Positions 48,487 through 59,320 are shown, counted from the first letter of the stretch. The stretch is 64,000 bases of DNA from an uncultured archaeon (GCA_963810275.1 CAWENF010000002.1:128001-192000), one strand, 5' to 3'. Notes: generated from the letters alone by a model not told the origin. Program-made: numbers and translations.

Positions 48487-49155
48487 TTATTTTATGTCCT
48501 CTTCTATTTTTTGAAGAATAATCCGTACAAGGGACTCTTTGAGGTTCAAAGCTTTTGAAATGCTCTCTATATCAGTTGTTCGCTCATCTAAAATGTGATG
48601 AAGTATTCTTCTTTCATCATGGGTTTTTTGCTTATTTTGTAAATCGTTGCTGGCATATTTCATTGCCAAATTACGAATAAAGAGCAAAACAGTCTTCTCA
48701 GAGTCTACTTCAGATAATTTATCATCAATATCTTTTAGTAAGCAAGAAAATGGTTCTAACTTGTTTTTTTCAGTGTAATCTTGTATTTCGGTAATGCGTT
48801 CCATGAAATTCGTTGCTTGCTTTGAGAGTTCATCAGGTAGTCCCTCAAAGTTGAGAATTTGCTCACTATACAAATTTGGTCCAAAACTCAAGGATATATA
48901 ACCAGATTGTTGAAGAAAGTAAGACTTTCTTTTAGGTCCATAAGGGCTGACGGTGCTTTTTGAGCCCACGATTCCTGCTTTTTCAAGAATTGCTAAATGG
49001 CTAGTGACAAGTTGTTGTGCCTGACCTATTTCCTTTGCTAACTCCAGCGGATAACTAGGTTCTTGGCTTAGACGTTTGATAATTTTTCGTCTAATTGGAT
49101 TTTCAAGCACTTTAAGCATTGGGTCAATCTGCGGTTGTTTAATCATCGGTTTCAC
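48487..49155 (-). CDS. ArsR-family HTH regulator (Phr/HSR1-like heat-shock regulator)
   Basis: LENPIRRKII..L...PSYPLELAKE....QQLV..HL..LE..G.V, GPKRKSY; follows hsp20. Confidence 0.85.
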   Translation of the reverse strand: MKPMIKQPQIDPMLKVLENPIRRKIIKRLSQEPSYPLELAKEIGQAQQLVTSHLAILEKAGIVGSKSTVSPYGPKRKSYFLQQSGYISLSFGPNLYSEQILNFEGLPDELSKQATNFMERITEIQDYTEKNKLEPFSCLLKDIDDKLSEVDSEKTVLLFIRNLAMKYASNDLQNKQKTHDERRILHHILDERTTDIESISKALNLKESLVRIILQKIEEDIK

Positions 49156-49176
49156 ACATAAAAAGGGAGGGAGAGT

Positions 49177-49704
49177 TTATTTTAGTTCCACTTTTCTTGG
49201 TTTTTCCTCTGGTTTTGGTTCTTTCTTTGGAACTTTCAGTTCTAGTACTCCGTCTTTCATTGAACCCTCAACTTTTGCAGGGTCCACTTCCTCTGGGAAT
49301 GCAATGAACCTTTGCAGAGAAGAATAAGCTCGTTCTCTATGTACGTAATTTTTGCGTTTGCCTTCTTTTTCTTCTTTGCTTTCTGCGCTTATTGCCACGC
49401 CGTCTTTGTTAATTTGGACATCGACTTGTTCTTTGGTGAATCCTGGAATTTCAGCATTTACAGTAAAAGAATCCCCGTTGTCGATTAGGTCTACTTGGGC
49501 ATATCTCGTTGGGAGTCTAAATTCTCGTTCGATTTCAACTATTGGAAAAAATGGTCGCATAAGGTCATCAAACGAGCTGCGGAATTCGCTGAATATGTCG
49601 TCAATGCCTCTTTCTAAGCCTTCTTGTTCTCTCCTTTTTGCTATTGAGGTCCCAGGGGTTGGGGGAGATACAGTTGTTTTACGTTTTTGTTTTTCTTCAA
49701 CCAT
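49177..49704 (-). CDS. hsp20: Small heat shock protein Hsp20
   Basis: VDLID...V.AEIPG..KE, RER.YSS..R...P..VD...A...DGVLEL.VPK, C-terminal VEL. Confidence 0.95.
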   Translation of the reverse strand: MVEEKQKRKTTVSPPTPGTSIAKRREQEGLERGIDDIFSEFRSSFDDLMRPFFPIVEIEREFRLPTRYAQVDLIDNGDSFTVNAEIPGFTKEQVDVQINKDGVAISAESKEEKEGKRKNYVHRERAYSSLQRFIAFPEEVDPAKVEGSMKDGVLELKVPKKEPKPEEKPRKVELK

Positions 49705-49717
49705 TTTTTAATCCACC

Positions 49718-49770
49718 TCTATACATAATTTTGTTGTATAGATAGAGTTTACAACTTCATCCATAAAAAT
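49718..49770 (-). promoter_or_regulatory. hsp20 promoter with overlapping inverted repeats (operator candidate)
   Basis: TCTATACA-N9-TGTATAGA (49718-49742) and GTTGTA-N11-TACAAC (49733-49755), downstream of a TTTTTATG TATA-like box on the - strand. Confidence 0.55.
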
Positions 49771-49953
49771 TTTTTGGTAGATTTCTATTCGATTGTTGGC
49801 CTCGTTTGCTGCATAAACACTTACAGGGGATGTTTCTTTAGGTAACCTTAAACAATTACGTTCCCATTTATGAAGAAAAATAGTAAACCAGTTTGACGCC
49901 GCCTTTATTCTTAGCTTTTCTTGATCAAACAGAAGCACGCAACGCTCTTACTA

Positions 49954-50679
49954 TTAGGAAATATCCGAGGTAATCATTTCAAAATTTGGTGTTGCTTCCA
50001 GTTTAAGATTTGGCTGGATATTGGTGTCTTTGAGTAATAAGTCCTTGGTTGCTGGAAATTGCTCATAGAGATCGGTTGTAGTCATAATGATTGTGATGTC
50101 CCGATTTTTGGCGAAGTCATTTAGTAGACCCATTAGCAGAGCAACGTTTTCATCATCAATGCTTGAAGTAGGCTCATCAGCGATAATTATCTTAGGATTA
50201 TTTGCCAGCGCTCGCATGATGGCGACGCGTTGTCTTTCTCCGCCGGATAGATTATCTGGAAAGCGCTGGGCAAGATGCTCAAGCTGGAAATACCGCAAAA
50301 GCTCAGAAACTCGTTTTTTGCGTTGGTCTTTTTTGACACCTGCCAACTCTAGAGGCACCTCAATATTTTCATGAACCGTCAACGATGGCAGCAGGTTAAA
50401 GAATTGGAAGACAAATCCTATATTCTTAAGTCTTAGCTCCGAAAGCTGGCTATCCCCGAGTTTGCTTACGTCTTTGCCAAACAGTTTAACCGTGCCTGAA
50501 TCGGGAGTTTCAAGGAAACCTAAAATCTTTAGGAGGGTAGATTTGCCAACTCCTGATTTGCCTCTGATAACTACGAATTCGCCTTGCTCAACTGCGAGGT
50601 AGACGTCTTTTAGAACTGTATTTTTGCCGAAGCTTCTTGTTAGGGCGTTTAATTCTATTACATAGTTATCTTCTTGCAT
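49954..50679 (-). CDS. ABC transporter ATP-binding protein (LolD/MacB-like)
   Basis: GKSGVGKS, IGFVFQFFNL, LSGGERQR, ADEPT. Confidence 0.93.
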   Translation of the reverse strand: MQEDNYVIELNALTRSFGKNTVLKDVYLAVEQGEFVVIRGKSGVGKSTLLKILGFLETPDSGTVKLFGKDVSKLGDSQLSELRLKNIGFVFQFFNLLPSLTVHENIEVPLELAGVKKDQRKKRVSELLRYFQLEHLAQRFPDNLSGGERQRVAIMRALANNPKIIIADEPTSSIDDENVALLMGLLNDFAKNRDITIIMTTTDLYEQFPATKDLLLKDTNIQPNLKLEATPNFEMITSDIS

Positions 50680-52282
50680 AGATGGTTACCTCGCTGTTTT
50701 GGTAAATCAGGTTGTAGGGTTCAAGTTTGTCTGTCCAGTTAGTTGGCAGCCTGTAAGGGATACCTTGGCTGAGTACATACCCATTTGTATTCATCTGGTT
50801 ATAAACATATAAGAGTTCGGGCTTTGACCCATTCTCTGCTAGGTATCGGTAACCAGCCATTGTGGTGACGCTTTGGTTGAAGTACCCTTGAACGAGATAG
50901 CTTACTTTTGAGTCACCCGCAACCGTCTGATTAATCATGTTTGTGGATAGCCAGTCTGAAGCTGTGTATTCTGGGGCGTTATAGCGCCAGAAGTAGCCAA
51001 AATAAGGTTCCTGCAGTGAAACAGTAGCATAAACAGAATAGGAGTTTACAGTGACTATCACCAATATTACTGCAACCGCTATGAGTTTGATTGGTCTGCT
51101 GAGTTTGAAGTGGCTGTTTTTACTTGAGATTTTGTTGATTCCGACTGCGACTAAAATCAGAAGTGGTGGCAACAAAAAGTTGAGTGAGCGTGATGCAAAA
51201 GTTACAGAGCCCGCAGGGTCTGCTAAAACTGCGTAGCTGGCAAACGCGATTATGCTCATGCTCCAGAACAGGGGAATTATCAGGGAAGATTTTCTTTGAT
51301 AGAGTTCATTTAAGCCAAATATGATTAGCGGTACGGCGATGATGAAGGGTAGGGCATAGATTAGATAGTGAGAGGGCAAAATCGGGGCTATTGATAGAAG
51401 TGGTACTTGCGTTAAGAGAAAGGTGAATAAGAAAACTGCAATGAAGGCGACTAGTGCGTTTAGAATGGTGATTTTTCGGGAATGCTTCTTTGCTAAGAAG
51501 GTTGAGTATGTGGCTATGGTTAGGATTAGGATTTGGTATGCTCCTATGGTTAGTAAATCAGTCGATGAAAGGGATATGAAAGACGTTTGACCAGCGAATA
51601 GTAGAAAATAGGCTGCGGTTACTATGGACAGTATGGCGAGCAGTAGGAAGTTAGTTTTGTTGGAGTTGATTTTTTGCTTAGGGTCCTTTTTGATGGTGAA
51701 GAAGGCTGCGCAGAGGCTGGCTAGAATGGTTATAGTCAAAAAAGTGGTTAGGTGGTGTGCGAGCACCAAAGCTATCGATAGGGTGGAGAATAAGATGATT
51801 GTTTTCCAGTTTTGCTTGAGTAGGAAAACTAGGATTAAGGAAATGTAGATGGGGCTGGCTAAGGTTTCTTTTGTAACCCCGGCAGTAAATAGTGCATATG
51901 GAAAAACGGTGGTCAGCAGAGCTGCGGCGATTAAGGAGATGTTGTTGTTATGAGTGATTTTTTTGACTAGTAAATAAAATATGGGGATCGTTAGGGCTGC
52001 AGCTATAGGTATGCCTATGGCCATGGCGGTAATGGGAGGTAGAGACGTTACAAGCGAGCTTACTGCTCCAAAGAGGCTGATAAGAGGCCAGTAGTTGTTG
52101 TAGCCATCAAATATGCCGCTGTTTAACGGGACCGGTGAGTTTTGGAGTAGAATCTCTGTGTTTCTTATGAGGGGCCAGGCGTCGGTTGAGAATGGATTAC
52201 CGCTGATTACGGTCGGGTATAGTCTTATGGCTATGGCGAGGAGCAGGACAATGAAGAGTGCTAAGTAGGGGGTTTTTTTCAT
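50666..52282 (-). CDS. Polytopic membrane protein, GT-C glycosyltransferase-like
   Basis: R.YP...DAW loop, YWP, ~13 TM helices, HHLT, C-terminal soluble domain ending NLIYQNSEVTIY. Confidence 0.65.
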   Translation of the reverse strand: MKKTPYLALFIVLLLAIAIRLYPTVISGNPFSTDAWPLIRNTEILLQNSPVPLNSGIFDGYNNYWPLISLFGAVSSLVTSLPPITAMAIGIPIAAALTIPIFYLLVKKITHNNNISLIAAALLTTVFPYALFTAGVTKETLASPIYISLILVFLLKQNWKTIILFSTLSIALVLAHHLTTFLTITILASLCAAFFTIKKDPKQKINSNKTNFLLLAILSIVTAAYFLLFAGQTSFISLSSTDLLTIGAYQILILTIATYSTFLAKKHSRKITILNALVAFIAVFLFTFLLTQVPLLSIAPILPSHYLIYALPFIIAVPLIIFGLNELYQRKSSLIIPLFWSMSIIAFASYAVLADPAGSVTFASRSLNFLLPPLLILVAVGINKISSKNSHFKLSRPIKLIAVAVILVIVTVNSYSVYATVSLQEPYFGYFWRYNAPEYTASDWLSTNMINQTVAGDSKVSYLVQGYFNQSVTTMAGYRYLAENGSKPELLYVYNQMNTNGYVLSQGIPYRLPTNWTDKLEPYNLIYQNSEVTIYARR

Positions 52283-53479
52283 TGTTTGAGCTCCATTCTG
52301 CCTATGCTTAAGCTAACGAGTGCAGCCATTAGAAGGAAGTTGGCTAAAATGATAATTGGGTCAAGCTGGAAGTTTATGGTATGAGATATGACTTGTAGGT
52401 AGCCTAATTGTTGGAATCCTGTGATAAAGATGGCGCTGATTAAGGTGCCCAAGATAGTGGCGATAAGTGCCCAGGTTACCATTCGTAAGATTAGGTCGGT
52501 TTTGATTTTTTTGCTTGAGACACCTATACAGCGTAGGGTTCCAATGTCTGAGGAGTGCTGTTTGACAAATAAGGTTATAGCTGAGATGGCTGTTCCGCTG
52601 GCAAGCACTAGCACAGCTATAGATAATATGATTAGGGTGTCTTTGCTTATTCCATAGCGGTCCAGGTAGTTTTGCATGAATTGTTGAGATTGCTCTATGC
52701 CTACGGTGCCTATTTTTAGGTTTGTTCTGAGCTGCCATGGGTATGAGTGCTTCGAGTTGTTTTTGGGTTTGGTTTTTTGGTGTGGGCGTCGGCGTAGTTG
52801 ATTGGTCTGTTTGAGTTTGATTGATTATTTGTTGGTAGATTTGGTTGGTGTTTGTTTGTTGGGGGTTTATTTTTGCTCTTATTAGGGTTGCGTCGTTGTA
52901 GTTTAAGCCTCTTAGCCATTGGGCGATGTAGATGGGTACTAGTGCTTCGTCGTTTAGGGATGTTTCTGAGTTGAAGATGCCTTTGACTTGGAGTTCAACA
53001 TACCGTTTTGAGGCTATGCCGAATACTAAGAGGTTATCTCCTGTTTTGAGGTCTAGTTTGTTTGCTAAGTTGATACCGAGTATGCAGGAGTTTGTGTCTG
53101 TGAGGTTAAGGTCTTGGCCGTATTGTAGTTGTAGAGGGTTGAGTTTTTTGAGGTCATCGGGGATTATGCCGCGGATAAAGACTGATTGGTTGTTTATTGT
53201 GCATGGTGCTATGACCTCGGGGCTTGTTGAGATTACTCCTTCTTGGGCAGTTACTAAATCAGTGACTTTTAGGGATATAATTCCTGAGTAGGGTGTGCTG
53301 CTTGTTTTGCTGTATATGGCGATTATGTCTTTGTCTTCTCCTACATAATTGGTAAATCCGTTGTAGAAACCAAGAAAGCTGTATGCAGTCACAGAGAACA
53401 GTGTTGAGATTAGCGTTAGGATAGCAACTACACTTACAATACGTCTTCTATGCAGGTACCTAAATTTTATTAGGCTCAT
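52279..53479 (-). CDS. FtsX/MacB-type ABC permease (frameshift near 52715)
   Basis: TM, extracellular domain (IRGI, LG..LA.KL.LK.GD), C-terminal DIGTLRCIG in the second frame. Confidence 0.82.
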
Positions 53480-54603
53480 AGCTGGGTCTCCTGAGCTATG
53501 ATTTTTGTGCCCTTTATGGCTGGGTAGATAGAGCCGATCAGGGAAGCGGCGAGTGCAAGTAAGAGTATTTCCAGTGCTTGTTGTACGGTTAGAAAGGGGT
53601 TTAGGAATGAGCTTTCAAATTGCCACCTAAGAAGAGTTGAAGCAGTTTGTGTTCCCACGATACCTAACGAGATCCCCACAAGTGCACCGGCAAACGCTAC
53701 TGCCATGGTGTAGGTGAGGATTAGGGTTAGGGTGGTTTTTCGTTTTGCACCTATAGTTCTGAGGGTGTGAAGCTCAAAGCGTGCCTCGTCGATAATTCTT
53801 GAAGCTATAACATATGATGAGGCTATGACTACTATGTAGACGGCTATTGACCAGACGTTTATGAAAGTGGCAGTTTGGTCATTGATGTCTTGTGCGAATG
53901 TTGGCACCTGCTGGGTGTTGGTTATTTTTGTTTCTTCAGGGAGGGTTTTGGTGAGGTTTTCTATCAAATCTGTGGCTTTTTGGGGATCTTTTATGGAGAA
54001 TTCAATGAATGAAATTTGATTATCCAGGGTGAGTGCTTGGAGGGTTGATAGGGGAATTATTATTTGAGTATCAATTTGTTGGTTTGCCTGAAATATTGAG
54101 GTGGTATTAAGTTGTGTTTGTTTGCCATCGATTGTTAAGTTTAGTAAGTCATTTTTGTTGAGTGAAGATAGCCTTGCTAATATTACGCCTACGTTAGCTT
54201 GATTATCTTGGGCTATCGCTCCGTTGATGTTTGTGCGAGTATTCTTTAGGAATGCTTCTGTGTCATCCACCCCTCTTACGGTAACAGGGTATGTTCCATT
54301 TTTGGTTTCCAGAGTTGCTTGAATTATTTGCTGTGATGTGGAATATTTTATGGATGGATTGTTTTTTACTTGGGTGATGATTGAAGCTGGAATTTTGCTA
54401 TCTAACAGTGAGTTTGAATTTTCGCTTGTGACTAGAAATGTGTCGCCTGTACTTGCGAGGTTTGTTATCAGTGTTGTTTGTGAGTTTATGTTGTTAATCA
54501 GAGTGTTTACTGATGCCAGTAGGGCAATGAGTAGGGCAATGGCTATGATTGCTGACGCTGTGCCCTTTTTTAGAAACAGCATCTTTAGTGGTAAAGCCTG
54601 CAT
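53476..54603 (-). CDS. FtsX/MacB-type ABC permease
   Basis: VRGVD, ELHTLRTIGA, SIYPA. Confidence 0.87.
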   Translation of the reverse strand: MQALPLKMLFLKKGTASAIIAIALLIALLASVNTLINNINSQTTLITNLASTGDTFLVTSENSNSLLDSKIPASIITQVKNNPSIKYSTSQQIIQATLETKNGTYPVTVRGVDDTEAFLKNTRTNINGAIAQDNQANVGVILARLSSLNKNDLLNLTIDGKQTQLNTTSIFQANQQIDTQIIIPLSTLQALTLDNQISFIEFSIKDPQKATDLIENLTKTLPEETKITNTQQVPTFAQDINDQTATFINVWSIAVYIVVIASSYVIASRIIDEARFELHTLRTIGAKRKTTLTLILTYTMAVAFAGALVGISLGIVGTQTASTLLRWQFESSFLNPFLTVQQALEILLLALAASLIGSIYPAIKGTKIIAQETQL

Positions 54604-54645
54604 TCTTGCCCCTCAGATATAGTTATTGTTATCAGGCTGGAGCTG

Positions 54646-55599
54646 TCACGTTAACCCATATTTGGCCCCAACGTCTTCTTGGTACTGGTTGCTGGTTGTT
54701 GTTTGGTTGTATGCCCAAAGCTCAAAGATTATTCTCTGATTTGTTCCCACCTGTGTTAGGGTTATATCTACAGGGAATGTCCAAGTGCCATTGTTTGGCA
54801 GTACCTGGCTGTATTTGTTTACGGTTGGTATATTGGCTGGGTTGATTTGTGTTTCGTTGTTACCCAGTTTGACCATTACTGTGTAGTACATGGGAGTGCC
54901 CATTTGGTTGCCTACATAGCCGTAGAGTGAGATGGTATCGCTGGCTACTACCTCAGAGGGGTAATCGCCAAGCATCATGTTAGGACCCAGAATGCCTATT
55001 TCGGAAAACTGTTCGCCTGTGTTTGCTGGCAATAGGTAACCTGAAACTGATACTAACGCTATTAGAACTGCTACCGCTAAGATTATTGCGCTTAGCTGTT
55101 CGGCTGTTAGAAATAGTGCGTCTTTCTTTTTCTGGGGATTGATTTTTACTTTGTAGTTTTTTCTGGTTTTTAGCCAAGTTTTCCACAGGGCTTTTGGGAG
55201 TAATAAGTAAACTGCAATGCCTGCAGCTATTGACCCTGCCGCAATTGCTATGGGGATTACTGGAATTGCGTTTGCGGCTGTTTCTGCCGCTATGTTGGCT
55301 TGGCTGGTTACGTTTTCGGCTATTGTCTTAGCTTGGTCTGCTAATGTTATTGCTTTTTGAGGGTTGGTTTCTATTAGTTGTTGGGCTTGAGAAGTTAAAT
55401 TAAGCGCTTGGTTTAGTTGGGTGATGAGTTGGTTTGTTTCTGCTCCTGAATTGTATGCGTTTTGTATGGCAATATAGGCTGAGTCTTGAGCATTCTGAGC
55501 ATCGGCAATTTGCGAGGTTTGGCCTTGAACGACTGCTAACGTAGATAAAGCTATGAGCAGAATTAGAAATGCAATAGGTAGTTTAGCTGCTGTTCTCAT
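54646..55599 (-). CDS. DUF1616-domain membrane protein with N-terminal helical bundle (C-terminus probably frameshifted)
   Basis: EQFSEIGILGPN...DYP..V, VGNQMG...YY.V.VKLG, IIFELW. Confidence 0.75.
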   Translation of the reverse strand: MRTAAKLPIAFLILLIALSTLAVVQGQTSQIADAQNAQDSAYIAIQNAYNSGAETNQLITQLNQALNLTSQAQQLIETNPQKAITLADQAKTIAENVTSQANIAAETAANAIPVIPIAIAAGSIAAGIAVYLLLPKALWKTWLKTRKNYKVKINPQKKKDALFLTAEQLSAIILAVAVLIALVSVSGYLLPANTGEQFSEIGILGPNMMLGDYPSEVVASDTISLYGYVGNQMGTPMYYTVMVKLGNNETQINPANIPTVNKYSQVLPNNGTWTFPVDITLTQVGTNQRIIFELWAYNQTTTSNQYQEDVGAKYGLT

Positions 55600-55690
55600 T
55601 AACCCTCTCTCATCTCAAGATACCCGTTGTTCTAAGCATAAGACATATATAAAAATTATACAGGGTTAATCCATTGTAGTCGTAAGTTGG

Positions 55691-56284
55691 TTGGAGGAAG
55701 CAAGGGTGGGTGTAGATTTAGGGCAAGTTGTTTTAGATACAGCAAAGTCCATGACGCACCCCACCGTTTCCGAACTGGTTGATGCATTAGTTAAGCAAAA
55801 AGGGCTCAAAGAAAAAGACGCAACAAAAGCGGTATATGTTGAATACAAAAAGGGTACGCTTAACCTTTCTGATGTTAAGCCGCCAACTAATTTAGTGAGT
55901 TACTTTTTTAATTTAGAGAGTGCGTGGTTTTGGGGAGTTACTGCGTTAGTAGCGGTTACAGTATTTGTTGTCTTTGCCGTTAATGCCTCTGCTCTGCTGT
56001 ATGTTCGCTATGTACTTGGCGGAGTGTTTATTTTGTTTCTGCCTGGTTTTCTGCTTATTTCCGCACTATACGCTAGAAGTGATGAGATGGACTCCCTTGA
56101 AAAAGTAGCTTTATCAATTGGGTTGAGCCTTGCCATTGTGCCACTTATTGGGCTTGTTCTAAATTATACGCCTTGGGGAATTAGGTTGGAGCCAATTATG
56201 GTTTCGTTGTCATTATTCAGTGAAGTAATGGCGGTAGCGTGTGTTGTGCGTAGGTTTAGATATTTCAGATTAAGTCTTAGATGA
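55691..56284 (+). CDS. DUF1616-like membrane protein
   Basis: RYVLG..F.LFLPGF...ALY, LEKVALSIGLSLAIVPLIGL.LNYTPWGIRL. Confidence 0.8.
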   Translation: MEEARVGVDLGQVVLDTAKSMTHPTVSELVDALVKQKGLKEKDATKAVYVEYKKGTLNLSDVKPPTNLVSYFFNLESAWFWGVTALVAVTVFVVFAVNASALLYVRYVLGGVFILFLPGFLLISALYARSDEMDSLEKVALSIGLSLAIVPLIGLVLNYTPWGIRLEPIMVSLSLFSEVMAVACVVRRFRYFRLSLR

Positions 56285-56367
56285 TAGCGCTTTTTTGAGG
56301 TTAAGGCTTAAAAGTTATTAGATGGAAGAACGTTTTCAATAGCGTTTCGTCTCAGTTAAGAGAGAGG

Positions 56368-57123
56368 TTGGGGATAGCACAGTTAATGTTTGAGAATACG
56401 TATCGTGCACTTTCAGTCTGTCTAGCCGTAATAGGTGCATGCATAGCGGTACTCTCATTTTTTATTTTAAATTCAAATCCTTTAACGTCGCTGGGAATTT
56501 CCACCATTATAATTGGGGCGGTATCTTTTGCTATTTCAAGGGGACAACCCAAGATTCCCGCTATGGCAAGTTCGATTTTACTGCAATCGGGTGTTGAAAA
56601 CATTTCAGCGTTTGTTGAGGAATTAGGGTTGAAATCAAAAGCTATCTATCTTCCCTCAAGTATCTCGGGTGACAAACCCAAAGCATTGATACCAATTGAG
56701 GAAAATGCGGAAGTGAACAAGAAAGTCCTGCCCAAGCGCCTGATTGTAAATTACGGTAATAAGGCTGGTGCTATGGGTTTGCTTCTTTTCACTCCGGGTT
56801 CAGCGGTTGGAGAAATGGTTGAGCCAAAGCCTGATGCATCAGGTGGAGATTTGGAGGCAGCTATTTCCTCTGTTTTGGGCACAATTAATTTGGCTGACGG
56901 GGTAAGGGCTACTTTGGAGGGAGACAGAGTTGTTGTTGAGGTTGTTAATCCGCGTCTTGAAGTGGAAAAGATGTGGGTTTATGAAAGCATCGGTAGTCCA
57001 ATAGCATCGATTGTTGCCTCCGTCAGCGCTCAGGTTTTAGACAGACCTGTAACCCTTGTTAATGAACAGAATACTAAGAATAAACTCGTGGTTGAATTGA
57101 AAGCGATGGGGCGAGTTCCCTGA
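56368..57123 (+). CDS. Membrane-anchored hypothetical protein
   Basis: Two TM helices, then a soluble domain (AIYLP, TPG, GSPIAS). Confidence 0.7.
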   Translation: MGIAQLMFENTYRALSVCLAVIGACIAVLSFFILNSNPLTSLGISTIIIGAVSFAISRGQPKIPAMASSILLQSGVENISAFVEELGLKSKAIYLPSSISGDKPKALIPIEENAEVNKKVLPKRLIVNYGNKAGAMGLLLFTPGSAVGEMVEPKPDASGGDLEAAISSVLGTINLADGVRATLEGDRVVVEVVNPRLEVEKMWVYESIGSPIASIVASVSAQVLDRPVTLVNEQNTKNKLVVELKAMGRVP

Positions 57124-57383
57124 AGGTTCCAGAGCGCTACCTCCTATCCTTGACCGTATGTTACACATTAACAACTTTTGCGCTCTCGTTTTATAGCGGC
57201 AGCGGTTTGGATTTGTATATTTCAGTTTTCATCGTTGAATATTTTATTCTAACACTGCTGCACTCTCCGCTTAACCCAAAAACTCAGAAGGTAACAAACC
57301 TGGTTGGTTACTCCTTGTTTGGGGTCTTTGTGGTTATTGTTGCTTTCAAGGTTTTAGAAATTCTAGGAGTGGGGTTACTTTGA
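57120..57383 (+). CDS. Small 3-TM membrane protein (probable CTG start 57120)
   Basis: Frame is open from the CTG overlapping the previous stop; LDLYISVFIVEYF. Confidence 0.6.
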   Translation: MKVPERYLLSLTVCYTLTTFALSFYSGSGLDLYISVFIVEYFILTLLHSPLNPKTQKVTNLVGYSLFGVFVVIVAFKVLEILGVGLL

Positions 57384-59320
57384 ATCAAAAGGCAGCGTTT
57401 TTCTTAGTGGGACTCATGTTTGCTGCGATGGTCGGTCCAAGTTTTGTTAGCGCTGCCCTTCCGCATGAAGACCCTAATCAGGTGGAAAGCTCGATTGATT
57501 CATTATCTTTCCTAACGCAGTATGTTGATATCTTTTCGTTGATGTCTTCGGGCAATTATGAAAACGCCAGTCAACTTAGTGAACAAATGAGCCGCATAAC
57601 AGTGCCCAGCGACTTAAGCTACATTATTTCTAAATATAATGATCTAACTCAGCAACTGATTGTTCAGTTAAATGATCTTGAGACCACTTTGAATAACGCT
57701 TCAAGTTTACTGGACCAAAACCGACTCACGGAAGCACGCCAAGCCTTAGATCATGCAGGCGTTGTGGTCTCTAAAGCACAAATTCTCTTAACAGATCTTG
57801 GAGAGGCCACCACTACAGTTAGCCAGAAATTAGGTGTTTTTGGGTCAGTTGCAGGCAGCAAGCTAAGGGAGGCTTACTCAGAGCTACAAAGCATGCTGCT
57901 TAGGCTTCAGGACCTTATTGATAGGTATCATAGCCTTTTGCAAGAGGCAAACAAGAAGTATGACGGAATTCAGGCGGAAAGTCTGAAATCAACATCTTTG
58001 ACTTTGGCGTTAGATTCGACTGAAAGCTTTGTCGGAGGCTCTGTTAAGGCGTCAGGGGCACTTTCTGGCGGTGGCCAAGTCTTAGCTAGCCGAACAGTCA
58101 CTCTGGTTTTAGATGGAAAAGCAATTTCAACTGTTAAGACAAACTCGGGAGGCTCTTTTGAGGCGACCGTTCAGATTCCTTACAAATATGTTAGCTCTGT
58201 TTTGATTAGCGCATATTATGCACCAGAAGGAAACGATAAAAGCACTTACTTAGGGTGCAGTAGTCCAAGCATAAAGCTCAACGTTATTTATTACAAGACA
58301 AATCTTGAAGTTTCAGCTCCAAATGTCGCTTACACTGGGCAGACTCTAACAGTAACAGGAAAAGTCACTTCGCAAACTAATTCACCGCTAAACGAAAGGC
58401 ATGTAAGAGTGACACTTGACGGAGAAGCCTTCTATCAAGGTGTTACTAATGACAACGGGACATTTGTAGCAAAAACCCCCATAAGCCCAGCTGCAAAGTT
58501 AGGCAATCACACATTGAAGGTTAATGTTGACTCCAGTGGATTGTATGCAGGTGCTTCTTTTCAGAAAAATGTAACAGTGGCGAAAATGTCGACTTACTTG
58601 GAGGTAGATGCACCATCTTTTGCTATGTTACCCTCACAGATGGAAATTAAAGGGTCAGTAAGGTCCGCTAATGGTCCATTAAGCGATGTAAATGTAACAA
58701 TTGTTTTTGCCAATGTGTCAGCTTCTGTTAAGACGTTGAGTGATGGGAGTTTTGGGCTTAAGCTGGATGTTCCGTTTAATACTGCTTTTGCCGGAGATCA
58801 AACACTATTGGTTAGCGCTAAACCCGCAGAAGCTTGGTATGCTACTGCTGAAACGCAGTTGACAGTTTTCGTGTTGAATGCGTTAAGTATTGGTTTAGCT
58901 GCTGCATCATCTTTTGCGATTGTTTTTTTCCTCGGTTTTAGATTTGCTAAAACTAATAAGAAAAACCTGTCAGTGGCTAAGACTTTGGCAAGTGTGCCTG
59001 AACTTAGTAAAGAAGCGTCAGTTGTTGTTCCGGCAGGTGTTAGTGAGAGAAAACTTGATGGTTACAAAGGGCGCATAATCAAGGCATACATAGAAGCTGT
59101 TAAAGCTGTTGAATCAGCCACTGGTTTGTCAGCTTCACCCACTATGACCTTACGGGAGTACCTTCAGTTGGCAAAGCCAAAGTTAGAGGTAGCACTTGAC
59201 GCATTCATAGAATTGACCTCGTTAACAGAAAAGATTCTTTATTCAGGGCAGGCAGTAGAAGAAGCTGACGTCAACAGATCAGAGGAACTAAGGAGGATTA
59301 TTATCAGTGGAGCAACGTAA
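57380..59320 (+). CDS. Surface protein with helical bundle, Ig-like repeats, TM and DUF4129 domain
   Basis: Signal peptide, repeated T..DG.F Ig-like units, C-terminal TLREY...LT.L.EK.LYS. Confidence 0.8.
   Translation: MNQKAAFFLVGLMFAAMVGPSFVSAALPHEDPNQVESSIDSLSFLTQYVDIFSLMSSGNYENASQLSEQMSRITVPSDLSYIISKYNDLTQQLIVQLNDLETTLNNASSLLDQNRLTEARQALDHAGVVVSKAQILLTDLGEATTTVSQKLGVFGSVAGSKLREAYSELQSMLLRLQDLIDRYHSLLQEANKKYDGIQAESLKSTSLTLALDSTESFVGGSVKASGALSGGGQVLASRTVTLVLDGKAISTVKTNSGGSFEATVQIPYKYVSSVLISAYYAPEGNDKSTYLGCSSPSIKLNVIYYKTNLEVSAPNVAYTGQTLTVTGKVTSQTNSPLNERHVRVTLDGEAFYQGVTNDNGTFVAKTPISPAAKLGNHTLKVNVDSSGLYAGASFQKNVTVAKMSTYLEVDAPSFAMLPSQMEIKGSVRSANGPLSDVNVTIVFANVSASVKTLSDGSFGLKLDVPFNTAFAGDQTLLVSAKPAEAWYATAETQLTVFVLNALSIGLAAASSFAIVFFLGFRFAKTNKKNLSVAKTLASVPELSKEASVVVPAGVSERKLDGYKGRIIKAYIEAVKAVESATGLSASPTMTLREYLQLAKPKLEVALDAFIELTSLTEKILYSGQAVEEADVNRSEELRRIIISGAT

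Noticed and set aside
49708-49938. 76-aa ORF with faint resemblance to 22655-22864 (AAS, LxLP, NRI)
   Set aside because: Covers the hsp20 promoter and operator; the similarity is too weak to support
52700-55600. GT-rich, repeat-like plus-strand sequence
   Set aside because: Explained by Gln/Thr/Asn-rich, A/C-biased codons of minus-strand genes; not a tandem repeat
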